Shown here: positions 9,661 to 18,428 of the stretch, one piece after another
How positions within the stretch are numbered: position 1 is the stretch's first letter
Layout of the letters: the number at the start of each line of letters is the position of its first letter
NCBI GenBank assembly: GCA_033763315.1
Contig: JANRKS010000002.1
Location: 288,001 to 352,000 of the forward strand
Length of the DNA stretch: 64,000 nucleotides
Direction of reading: 5' to 3'
Origin: Deltaproteobacteria bacterium
GTDB lineage: Bacteria > Myxococcota_A > Polyangia > Fen-1088
Notes under the pieces: model-generated
Told to the model about the DNA's origin: nothing
What the model saw: the letters and a program-made list of their open reading frames with translations, nothing else
The model's database searches: none
Program-made: the position numbers and the translations under genes

Positions 9661-10614
9661 ATGAGCGTGTTTGGAAACAGCCCACGCGACCCTAAGCGAC
9701 CACCTTCCCCGGGCGGCGCGCGCTGGTTGTTTCCCGAGGGCTGGCTGCAGTCCGACGAGTGCAAACTGTCGGCGTATCTGCCGTTTGAATCGTTGGTGGC
9801 CAACCGCCGCGTGCTGGACGTCAATGGCGTTTCCGCCGCAAAGGATCGCCTGCGCCGGGCCAAGGCACGAACCGTGATGGGTGGGGGGGACGCCCCTTGG
9901 GATCTGCCTCCGCAGAGCGTGGACGTGGTCTTGGCCCTGGGCGAGGCCAACCCGCAAGATGACCTGCTGCTGCGAGAAGTGGCGCGCGTGTTGGCGCCCG
10001 GTGGCTTCGCTGCCCTGCGGTTTGGCGCGTCGTCGGTGAGCAGTCCCGCGTCGCTCGCGGCGGCGCTTGGCCCCGTGTTTCCTACGGTCGATCTGGTGGG
10101 TCAGATCCCCATCGTCGGCTTCACGTTTGACCGCGGGGGCAGCCCCGGTGTTGTGGTGGCGGAAGATTTCTTTCCCGTGGGCGCTGCCCCGACCCATTGG
10201 TTGGCGTTGTGCGCCTTGGGTGAGCCGCGGCCTTGGGCCGGCTTGGACACCTGGCTTGTGCCCCTGGCGCGGCCGAGCGAGGCTGCCAATGCCGGGCGCG
10301 TGGACGTTGCGGGCGCCAAAGACGAAAGTGACCTGCGCGTGGCGGAGCTGACGCGTGAGCGCGAGTATCTGCGCGAGCTCTTGATGACCGTGCAAGATGA
10401 GCGTGATCGGTTGGCGCGTCTGTCAGCAAACCTACGGCGGGACGCGGACCGCGGCTTGGCCCGGATGTCAGAGCAAGCTGCGGCGCTTGAGGTCTTGACG
10501 CTTGAACGGGATCAAGCCCTTCGGCGCGCCGCCGCGGCCGAGTCGCTGGCGCGCGAATCAGCTGCCCCCATCCATGATTTCGATGCGCCGAAAACGCGGC
10601 CCACATCTGCTTGA
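9661..10614 (+). CDS. Degenerate class I methyltransferase-like domain + coiled coil
   Basis: RRVLDV, SVDVV and EVARVLAPGG motifs; C-terminal heptad-rich helix. Confidence 0.55.
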   Translation: MSVFGNSPRDPKRPPSPGGARWLFPEGWLQSDECKLSAYLPFESLVANRRVLDVNGVSAAKDRLRRAKARTVMGGGDAPWDLPPQSVDVVLALGEANPQDDLLLREVARVLAPGGFAALRFGASSVSSPASLAAALGPVFPTVDLVGQIPIVGFTFDRGGSPGVVVAEDFFPVGAAPTHWLALCALGEPRPWAGLDTWLVPLARPSEAANAGRVDVAGAKDESDLRVAELTREREYLRELLMTVQDERDRLARLSANLRRDADRGLARMSEQAAALEVLTLERDQALRRAAAAESLARESAAPIHDFDAPKTRPTSA

Positions 10615-10639
10615 CCAATGTCGAAGACTCCCCTATGGT
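10611..10639 (+). promoter_or_regulatory. Sigma70-type promoter of tRNA-Leu
   Basis: TTGACC-17 nt-TATGGT, 12 nt upstream of the tRNA. Confidence 0.75.
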
Positions 10640-10651
10640 TCCGGTCCCGTC

Positions 10652-10735
10652 GCGGTCGTGGCGGAATTGGTAGACGCGCTAGATTCAGGTTCTAGTGGTG
10701 GAAACACTGTGAGAGTTCGAGTCTCTCCGACCGCA
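10652..10735 (+). tRNA. tRNA-Leu(CAG)
   Basis: Acceptor GCGGTCG/CGACCGC, D-loop GGAATTGGTAGAC, anticodon arm CTAGA-TTCAGGT-TCTAG, long variable arm, GTTCGA. CCA not encoded. Confidence 0.97.
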
Positions 10736-10839
10736 CAAGTGAGGCTTTGGCGCGCAAGCGCGAGCCGTCTGCCACCGCTGCTGCGTTCGCCGTTCGGTCC
10801 TGAGTTCAACGGCGGCTTTCGCCAGAAGGAATTGCGCAG

Positions 10840-12021
10840 ATGAAGCGTCTTGTCCTCGTGTTTTTGTTGGCGTTGGCTGGCAGCAAAGCCCACGCGCAAG
10901 AGGTGCCACCGCCCCCCTCTGACGTGCCCATGCCGCCATCGGACGCAACGTCATCTGCCGTTACAACCGGTGCTTGGGATCAAGATTACGACAAAGCACG
11001 TTTGCTGTTGCGTGATGGCCAATTCAACCAAGCCGCCGAAGCGCTTTCCACCTTGGCCGGCCACGCACCCGACGTTGGTCGACGGCGGTTGGCGCTGGAG
11101 CAATCGTGGCTTGCTCTTTACTGGTCAAAGCGCGGATACCAACTTGAGCTCGTGTCGCCAGAAGAACGCTCAACCGCGGCGGCGCGCTTTCGCGACAAAC
11201 GCACCACCGATGAACTCGGTTGGTTGTACACGACGTCAGTGTTTTATGGCATAGGCTCCGGCATTGCCTTGGCCATGTACACCGAGCCGGACTCTCCCGC
11301 CGGTGCCATTTTGCCCACGTTGGCGTTGTCGGGTCTGTCGGTGAGCTTGGTGTACGGCATCGATAAGAAGCCGCTTCGCTATGGGGGAGCGCAGGCCATT
11401 ACCTCGGCCTTGTTCGTGGGATTCGAAGAAGGTCTGGTTTGGGTGTTGTGGCGTGAAGCGGCCTCCTCCTATGAGACGGATCTCAGCGGCAAACAGGTTG
11501 CAGGCTATTTGTGGGGCGCCACAACGGCGGGTGCGGTGGTGGGTGGCCTCGTGGGGCAACTGTACGGCATCACGCCCGGGCGCGCGTCTTTGATCGGTTC
11601 GGGCGCGTTGTGGTCTTCTTTGGTGGTCGGCATGGGCGTGGGCGCTATGACCGATCGCTCAAGCACAGGATTGCTTTCCGCTGCCATTGCGTTGAACGTG
11701 GGTGCCCTGGGGGGGTTCGTGCTTGGTGACCGCGTTCAACCCAGCATTGGCCGCGTGCGCTTCTTGGATTTGGGGGTCATCTCGGGAGGCCTGGTTGTGG
11801 GCGGCTTGGCGTTCGCCTTGGCCGGCGACAACGCCGATGGGCGGGGGCTGCTGGGCGCAACGGCGGCGGGCATGGTGGCCGGCTTCACCACAGCATGGGT
11901 CATGACCCGCAACATGGCGCCCGATGATCCGCAGCGCGCGCCAGCTGTGGCGTTGGTGCCGACGTTGATGCCAGCGCACAACGGTACCGGCACTTTGCTG
12001 GGCGTGGGCGGCGTGTTTTAG
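10840..12021 (+). CDS. Exported/membrane protein: TPR-like helix pair plus Gly-rich hydrophobic hairpins
   Basis: Signal peptide ending AHA, many Gly/Ala-rich helices, C-terminus GTLLGVGGVF. Confidence 0.7.
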   Translation: MKRLVLVFLLALAGSKAHAQEVPPPPSDVPMPPSDATSSAVTTGAWDQDYDKARLLLRDGQFNQAAEALSTLAGHAPDVGRRRLALEQSWLALYWSKRGYQLELVSPEERSTAAARFRDKRTTDELGWLYTTSVFYGIGSGIALAMYTEPDSPAGAILPTLALSGLSVSLVYGIDKKPLRYGGAQAITSALFVGFEEGLVWVLWREAASSYETDLSGKQVAGYLWGATTAGAVVGGLVGQLYGITPGRASLIGSGALWSSLVVGMGVGAMTDRSSTGLLSAAIALNVGALGGFVLGDRVQPSIGRVRFLDLGVISGGLVVGGLAFALAGDNADGRGLLGATAAGMVAGFTTAWVMTRNMAPDDPQRAPAVALVPTLMPAHNGTGTLLGVGGVF

Positions 12022-12118
12022 CCTGCCATGTAGCGCTGCGGTTAAATGTTTCCGCATGGCCGCGGAAACGCACGCGCGGGCCTTGTCAAAGCGGCTTTGC
12101 TGCGACAGGCATTGGCTG

Positions 12119-14797
12119 ATGCCCAACAAAGATGGCGATGCTGTAGCGGAGCTTGGCACCGAAGCGGCTCCGGCGCCTTTGCGCAATGAAGTGAATACGC
12201 TGGCTCGCGCCCTGGGGCAGCAGATCCGGCGTCTGTCGGGTGCCGAAGCGTTTGCCTTGGCCGACGAAATACGCACGTGCGTCAAGGACATCCGCAAAGC
12301 GGCAGGCAGCGGAGACGCATCCCAAGCCGATGCTTTGCACCAACGCATCGCCGCGCTTTCCACCGAACGCGCCGAAGGGTTGGTGTCGGCGTTCTCGCTG
12401 TATTTTCACCTTGTCAACGTGGCTGAAGAGCGCCAGCGCGCGCGGGTGAACCACGAACGCGAGGCCAACAGCTCTGCTGATCATCCACGCCGCGAATCTT
12501 TGATGGCCATGGTGGGCACGTTGAAGCGCGATGGCTTTAGTTATCAAGAAGTGGTGGATCTGTTGTCGCGGGTGCAGTTGCACCTGACGTTCACAGCGCA
12601 CCCCACAGAAACCCGGCGCCGCACCGTTCGCCAACACATCGAACAGATCGAGCAGGCCCTGGAACGCAAGAATGACGAAGAAATCACGGCGCGCGTGGGC
12701 TTGCTGTGGGCCACGCGTGAGTTGAGACAAACGCGGCCCACGGTGGAGGATGAAGTGCGCGGCAGCCTGCATTACTTGCCGCAGGTTCTGTGGCACACGC
12801 TGCCGCGGATTGTGGACGGGCTTGAGGGCGCGGTGCTGGCGCACTATGGGCAACGCCCCACCTTGCCACCGCCGGTGGTGTTTCGCAGCTGGATTGGCGG
12901 TGACCGCGACGGCAACCCGAACGTTGTGGCCCCTGTGACCGCGTGGGCCCAGACCTATGCGCGCGAGCAGGCTCTGGATGGTTACCGCAAAGAACTGGAC
13001 GTGCTTTTGCGCGACCTGTCTGTCTCCGCCGATCGCGTGGCGATTCCGCCAGCCTTGCAGGCAAAGTTGACTGACGCTTTGGCGCGTTTGCCCGCCGAAG
13101 CGATCGTTAACGACGAACCGTTGCGCAGTTTGTGCCGGCTCATGCAACGCCGGCTTGGTGCGGGCGCGGACGCCTACGAAGACAAGCAACAACTATTCGA
13201 AGACGTGGCGTTGTTGAGCGAATCCCTGCAGGCCTTGGATCTCGGCGAAGCCACGCGATGCTTGGTGAGGCCGTTCGAGGTGCGTGCGCAAAGCTTTGGT
13301 TTGGATCTCGTCACACTTGATCTGCGTGAAGAATCACGCGCTCACACCGAAGCGGTGGCTGAGCTTTTCACGGCGGCCGGGGTCAACACTGCCTATGGAA
13401 CGTTGGATCCAGCGGCGCGAGAGGCGTTGTTGACCAATGAGTTGGCGAGCCGCCGCCCGTTGGCTCCCGTGGGCTGGAAGCCGACCACACGTGCGTTGCA
13501 AGTGGCGGTGGAAAGCTTGCGTGCGTGGAAAGCGCGCGGCGCCTACGTGGTGAGCATGACCCGATCCGCGGCTGACATGTTGGAGGTTCTGCTGCTGGCG
13601 CGCGAAGTGGGCTTATTTACGCCGGGCGAAGCTTTGCCGTTTGATGTGGTGCCGCTGTTTGAAACGCTGGCCGATTTGCAGAACGCGCCCACCACTGTGA
13701 GCCGGCTATTGTCCCAACCTGTGTTCGCCGCCCATGTCAAAGGCCGGGGCGGCTTGGAAGTCATGATTGGGTATTCCGATTCAAACAAAGACGCGGGCTT
13801 TTTGGCCGCCAACTGGGCGCTGTACCGTGCGCAAGAGGAGATCGCGGCGGAGGCCAAACGATTCGGTGTGACCGTATGGTTCTTCCACGGGCGCGGCACA
13901 TCCACGGCGCGGGGCGGTGGCAGCGCCGGTCGTGCGCTGGCCAGCTTGCCACCTGGCACAGTGGGCTACCGCATGCGGCTTACCGAGCAGGGCGAAGCCT
14001 TGGCGGATCGTTACAGCCACCCCGAGTTCGCGCACCGTCACCTTGAACAGCTGCTGTTCCATTTGAGTTTGGCGGCGGCGCGCGATGTGCGCGGGGAACA
14101 TCAAGATGTGCCCCAGGCGTGGCGGCAAGCCGTTGACGAAGCGGCCGCCACGTCCACCGCTGCGTACCGAGCGCTGCTTGCGGTGCCAGGCTTCTTTGAG
14201 TTTTACGAGCAGTTCACGCCGATTCGTGAAATCGGCGCGTTGAAGATCGCTAGCCGCCCGGTTTACCGTTCAGGCCGCGTGCGAGAGCTGCGCGATCTAC
14301 GTGCGATTCCGTGGGTGATGTCGTGGACGCAGGTGAGGTTGCCTGTGCCGTCCTTCTTTGGTGTGGCCGAGGGGTTGCGCAAACTGCCGGTGCAGCTGCG
14401 GCGGCAAATGTTGGCGCAGTGGCCGTTTTTCGCGAGCACTTTAGATAGTGCCGCCACTGCGTTGGGCAAGGCCGATCCGCTTGTGGCCAAAGAGTACTTG
14501 AGCCTTGTGGAGCCCGGTCTGGCTGAAACGTTCTATCCGCTCTTGAAGCGCGCGTTCGACGACGCACGCGATCTATTGGAAGAGACTTTCGAAGGACCGC
14601 TGTTGGCCAAACACCCAACGTTGGCGCGGCAGATTGACTTGCGAAATCCTTACGTGGATCCCATTGGTCGCATCCAGGTGGAATTGCTGCGTCGTTTGCG
14701 TGCCTGCACTCCCGACGATGCCGCGCGGCCTGGGCTTGAACGAGCGTTGATGGGGTCGTTGGTGGGCGTGGCCGCGGGGCTCCGCAACGCTGGCTAA
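12119..14797 (+). CDS. ppc: Phosphoenolpyruvate carboxylase
   Basis: TAHPTE, SWIGGDRDGNP, MIGYSDSNKDAG, FHGRG..ARGGG, TEQGE, LRAIPW, C-terminal GLRNAG. Confidence 0.96.
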   Translation: MPNKDGDAVAELGTEAAPAPLRNEVNTLARALGQQIRRLSGAEAFALADEIRTCVKDIRKAAGSGDASQADALHQRIAALSTERAEGLVSAFSLYFHLVNVAEERQRARVNHEREANSSADHPRRESLMAMVGTLKRDGFSYQEVVDLLSRVQLHLTFTAHPTETRRRTVRQHIEQIEQALERKNDEEITARVGLLWATRELRQTRPTVEDEVRGSLHYLPQVLWHTLPRIVDGLEGAVLAHYGQRPTLPPPVVFRSWIGGDRDGNPNVVAPVTAWAQTYAREQALDGYRKELDVLLRDLSVSADRVAIPPALQAKLTDALARLPAEAIVNDEPLRSLCRLMQRRLGAGADAYEDKQQLFEDVALLSESLQALDLGEATRCLVRPFEVRAQSFGLDLVTLDLREESRAHTEAVAELFTAAGVNTAYGTLDPAAREALLTNELASRRPLAPVGWKPTTRALQVAVESLRAWKARGAYVVSMTRSAADMLEVLLLAREVGLFTPGEALPFDVVPLFETLADLQNAPTTVSRLLSQPVFAAHVKGRGGLEVMIGYSDSNKDAGFLAANWALYRAQEEIAAEAKRFGVTVWFFHGRGTSTARGGGSAGRALASLPPGTVGYRMRLTEQGEALADRYSHPEFAHRHLEQLLFHLSLAAARDVRGEHQDVPQAWRQAVDEAAATSTAAYRALLAVPGFFEFYEQFTPIREIGALKIASRPVYRSGRVRELRDLRAIPWVMSWTQVRLPVPSFFGVAEGLRKLPVQLRRQMLAQWPFFASTLDSAATALGKADPLVAKEYLSLVEPGLAETFYPLLKRAFDDARDLLEETFEGPLLAKHPTLARQIDLRNPYVDPIGRIQVELLRRLRACTPDDAARPGLERALMGSLVGVAAGLRNAG

Positions 14798-14803
14798 GCT
14801 TCG

Positions 14804-14840
14804 AAAAGCAAAACGGCCCGGGCGTTCGCCGAGGCCGTTT
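14804..14840. terminator. Intrinsic terminator between convergent ppc and RRM genes
   Basis: Stem AAACGGCC...GGCCGTTT (14811-14840); adjacent A-rich run gives a U-tail on the minus strand. Confidence 0.75.
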
Positions 14841-14861
14841 CACGTCTAACGGGCTTGCTGG

Positions 14862-15263
14862 CTACCAGCGACCGCCGCCACCACCGCCGCCGCGGTAGTC
14901 ACGGTCACCGCCGCCGCCTCCGCCGCCGCGATCGCGGTCACGACCGCCGCCACCGCCACCACCGCGAGGACCACGGCCGCCGCCGCCGCCACCACCACCA
15001 CCACCACCACCGGCGCCGCGCTCAAGAGCCTCGCTTACGCGAAGGCTGCGACCGCGCAAGTCGCGGCCGTTAAGGGTAGAAATTGCATTGGCGCAGTCAC
15101 TTTCAGAACCCATTTCCACGAAAGCGAACCCGCGGGGGTTGTTGGTGTATCGGTCGAGGGGGACCGCCACTGAGCGAACATCGCCACACTCCGCGAACAC
15201 CTCGCGCAGTTCGTCCTCGCCAACATCAAACGACAGATTTCCAACAAACAGCTTGTTTCCCAT
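14862..15263 (-). CDS. RRM RNA-binding protein with Gly/RGG-rich tail
   Basis: RNP2 KLFVGNL, RNP1 RGFAFVEM, poly-Gly tail. Confidence 0.95.
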   Translation of the reverse strand: MGNKLFVGNLSFDVGEDELREVFAECGDVRSVAVPLDRYTNNPRGFAFVEMGSESDCANAISTLNGRDLRGRSLRVSEALERGAGGGGGGGGGGGGRGPRGGGGGGGRDRDRGGGGGGGDRDYRGGGGGGGRW

Positions 15264-15439
15264 AATACTCGTCCTCGTCTCTTATGCCCTGCGGGCTTTG
15301 CCTTTTGGCGCCTTGATCACACACCGGCGAATCCAGTGTCAGCGAACCAGAACGTCCGCCCTCACACCACAATCGCGTCCTCGGAACACCAAGGCGAAAA
15401 AGCAACAAGAGGACGGGAAGAACCGTACGCTGAGAGGGG

Positions 15440-15468
15440 ATACTAGCGGCTTCGATCGCCCTCGTCCA
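15440..15468 (-). promoter_or_regulatory. Candidate sigma70 promoter of the RRM gene
   Basis: Minus strand TGGACG-17 nt-TAGTAT, implying a leader of about 170 nt. Confidence 0.5.
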
Positions 15469-15561
15469 CGAATCGCCCTTGAGGCAAAATGCTGCGTCGT
15501 GTTGCGAAGCCGCGCAGGGCATTTTGTGGCCTTGCGGTCGCCCGCCTTATAATCGCAGCGC

Positions 15562-16809
15562 ATGCCGTTGCGCCTGACGTTGGGGGTTGTATTGATGGTC
15601 GTCGCCCCTCGCGCGGCCATCGCTCAAACGATGCGCGACGCCGTGAAGGAGCACGTCAAAGACAACCTGCAAGCGCCGCCCAACCCACCGGCCCCCGATC
15701 CGGTTCCGCCCAAGAAGAAGGCCGTCAAACCGAGTGGGCCTGTGACTGGGGCCAAAGCGGGCAACCCAGACGCGACGTGGTCGTTCTCAAGCGACGAGGC
15801 CACAAGCCCGCGCATCGTGAGTGCTGTGCCGAAGCGTCCTTTAAGTCCGTGGTTGCAACTCGACCTCAAGGTGGATGGCGCCTACCGCGGCTGGCTTCCG
15901 CAGCAATACAAAAGCGCTGACGTGAAAGTGGGCGGCTATTACACGTGGAGCGTGGAGTTGCGAGGCAAGCTGTTCAAATATGTGAACCTGCACCGCGGTT
16001 ACTACGAATCCAATTCACTTGCGGCGCCGCGCACGAATGAAGCGGCGGTCGCGGCGCAGGTGGGGCAACATTTGCCGAAGGCAGCGTGGCTTTTGGCCAC
16101 CGTGGGCGTGCCCATCTCGAAAGCCTGGGAGCCCACCGTTCGTTATGAATCACGTGCGTTCAACACCAGCGCAACGCCGAGAATTCCTGTGTGCATCGTG
16201 GATAGGGGTGCTTCTGGCGATTTACAGGATTGTCCCAAGACGATGAACAAGTTGAACATCGTTTCAGGCTTCGAGACGTTTACGATGGGCGTGCGTTACA
16301 ACCACGCCAAGGCCGGCGGCCCTGTGATCCAGGATCACGCGAGCAAAATTCCTCCGGTGTTCTTTGGGCTCGGTTTGATGTCGTACACGAAGCCGTATCA
16401 GGTGACGATCAACGGCAACACGTTGCAGGACTACCTCTTCGATGGGCGGTTTCGCGGCGCGGGCCTGGCCTTGGGCACGAACCTAGGCGGCGGGGTGCGA
16501 CAGCTGTTCGTCGATGCGGATCTGCAGGTGGGCCTTGGGCAAGTGTCACTTACCAACAGCTTGACCCTCAACGAACTGACGCCGGGCGACTGGTTGATTG
16601 GCTACGCGCAAGGCAACGTGACGTGCGGCTATCGGTTTGTGTTGTTTGAAGGGCCGCCAACCATCTTTTTCACACCCGTGGCCAGCGGCGGTGGCGCGAG
16701 CTTTCACTTCGTCAAGACCAAACAGAATGCCGACGAGCCGCAACGGACGCCGAATCTGAACTGGGATTTTCTGTGGTCTGTGCGGGCCGCGATCGAGGTG
16801 GCGATCTAG
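15562..16809 (+). CDS. Exported hypothetical protein, probable outer-membrane beta-barrel
   Basis: Signal peptide, Pro-rich linker, amphipathic beta-strand pattern, ends WSVRAAIEVAI. TATAAT lies at 15548-15553. Confidence 0.6.
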   Translation: MPLRLTLGVVLMVVAPRAAIAQTMRDAVKEHVKDNLQAPPNPPAPDPVPPKKKAVKPSGPVTGAKAGNPDATWSFSSDEATSPRIVSAVPKRPLSPWLQLDLKVDGAYRGWLPQQYKSADVKVGGYYTWSVELRGKLFKYVNLHRGYYESNSLAAPRTNEAAVAAQVGQHLPKAAWLLATVGVPISKAWEPTVRYESRAFNTSATPRIPVCIVDRGASGDLQDCPKTMNKLNIVSGFETFTMGVRYNHAKAGGPVIQDHASKIPPVFFGLGLMSYTKPYQVTINGNTLQDYLFDGRFRGAGLALGTNLGGGVRQLFVDADLQVGLGQVSLTNSLTLNELTPGDWLIGYAQGNVTCGYRFVLFEGPPTIFFTPVASGGGASFHFVKTKQNADEPQRTPNLNWDFLWSVRAAIEVAI

Positions 16810-18428
16810 TTGGTGTGCTTGTTGAGGTAGGTCACGAGGGCGTCCCTGATGGCGGCCCGTTGCGCGTTTGGCGACGACGTTGGGTAATACTCCGTGATGT
16901 AGAACGAAACTGTGGCTTCTGCCGCGTCGGCACTGCAGCCACCAACTTCGACGTATCCGTAAAAATCCATTTGTTCGGGTCCCTCCGTCCAAAACGGCAA
17001 AGGAGGATCCGGAAGCCTCTTCATGACATCCGTCCAAAAGCGCAGCAATTCGAGGTGAGGCGCGGGCGCGATCATTCTTAGGTTTCCTTTGTCATCCTCG
17101 AACCGAACCGTTGGATGCTGAGGCACAAAGCGTCCGCGTAGATGGATGCGACGGCCAAACAAAGCGAACGGGTTCGTCAGCAGAGCACCGATATCGACGT
17201 CCTCCGTCGGTTCACCAAGTAGCGCTGCCAAGGGGCGCTCGCGCCATGGCAGCGGGGTGGCGGGGCGCAGGGGCACTTCCTCGAGCACAACGCCGCTTTC
17301 GTTGATGTGAACGAGGCCGGCGGCGCCGGCGGCCACCCACCAGCCTTTGTTGCCGTCGCTTGTGGCGTCCACCGCTTTGATGCCATCGAGCACAAACACC
17401 GCGCTCCCCGACCGCGTTCCCAGCAGCAGACCTTTGCGTTCGATGTATCCGCAAAGCCAACGCCCAGCGCCGTCTTCGCGAATAAACCCAACGCCTCGGC
17501 CCCACTCTTCGTTTGGCAACGTGACGGGCTCTGTTCCGATGTAGAGCTTTTGCGGCGACGCAAACAGCGGCGAGGGCTGAGAAGACGACGACACCGTGCG
17601 CACGTCGACCGCGGCGGCTGCAGGGGCGGCTTCCCAGCGGCTGCCACCGACGGTGACGTTGAGGCGGGCGGGACCAGTGGTGGCGGTGGTGGCCCAGAGG
17701 TTACCCGCGCTGTCTTTGCCCAAAGCCTTGAGGTTCTCGGGTGGCATCGAAGGAAGGCTCCACGGCGCGTCGTCCAAGCGATCGATCATGGCACCCACAA
17801 GGTGCGCCGCGCCTCCCGACACAGCGGCCAACCACACGCCACCATTTGGATCCTCCACCAGCGGCTGTCGGGCACGCTCGCCCGCGTGAACAAGCGGCGC
17901 CGCACCGAAGACGCTGAGGTTGGTGTTGGTGTCGTAAGCGTAAAGATAACCTCGGCGTGAGGTGATCCACTTCGTTCCATCGCTGCCCAAAAGCAGTGCA
18001 TGAACGCCGCTGTCTGGCACGCGTGCGTTGTAGGCATCGAAGTAAGTCCAAGCGTTGCCTTGGCGACGGAACAGGCCATGACAAGTGGTGCCAGCCCACA
18101 ACGTGCCGTTGGGTTCAAGCGCCACCGCCGTGGCCTCCGTGCCCATCAACGCAACGGCGGATGCCCCCGCTGTGAGCGCGCTCGAAAGGCTGACAGGACC
18201 AGGGGTTACAGGTGGCGCTGCCTCGGACGGACACAGATTCGCGCAGATGTTGAGCGCCGTACAGCAAGAGAAACCTTTGGCGCAAGGGCAGGGTTTGCCC
18301 TTGAGCGGCAGTGGCTCTAAGCAGCCGCCCACGCATAGGAGCGCCAGCAGGCAAACAATCCCACCCAACAACAGGGGGCCTCGCGTCGCCGCTTTACCAG
18401 CGACCAGACAATGCGAACGCAACGCCAT
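16806..18428 (-). CDS. Cys-motif lipoprotein with two-component-regulator-type beta-propeller
   Basis: Lipobox VGGC, then CPC..CC..C, then repeated 'D.NGG.W' / 'DSAGNLW' propeller blades. Start uncertain; overlaps the upstream caspase gene. Confidence 0.65.
   Translation of the reverse strand: MALRSHCLVAGKAATRGPLLLGGIVCLLALLCVGGCLEPLPLKGKPCPCAKGFSCCTALNICANLCPSEAAPPVTPGPVSLSSALTAGASAVALMGTEATAVALEPNGTLWAGTTCHGLFRRQGNAWTYFDAYNARVPDSGVHALLLGSDGTKWITSRRGYLYAYDTNTNLSVFGAAPLVHAGERARQPLVEDPNGGVWLAAVSGGAAHLVGAMIDRLDDAPWSLPSMPPENLKALGKDSAGNLWATTATTGPARLNVTVGGSRWEAAPAAAAVDVRTVSSSSQPSPLFASPQKLYIGTEPVTLPNEEWGRGVGFIREDGAGRWLCGYIERKGLLLGTRSGSAVFVLDGIKAVDATSDGNKGWWVAAGAAGLVHINESGVVLEEVPLRPATPLPWRERPLAALLGEPTEDVDIGALLTNPFALFGRRIHLRGRFVPQHPTVRFEDDKGNLRMIAPAPHLELLRFWTDVMKRLPDPPLPFWTEGPEQMDFYGYVEVGGCSADAAEATVSFYITEYYPTSSPNAQRAAIRDALVTYLNKHTN

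Noticed and set aside
8716-10395. 559-aa minus-strand ORF and other long alternative-frame ORFs (e.g. 4742-5848, 12086-13192, 38898-40019, 53991-54968)
   Set aside because: They are Arg/Pro/Ala-rich, lack motifs and overlap well-supported genes, as expected in high-GC DNA.
14870-15015. CCA/CCG trinucleotide runs
   Set aside because: They encode the poly-Gly tail of the RRM protein and are not a separate repeat element.
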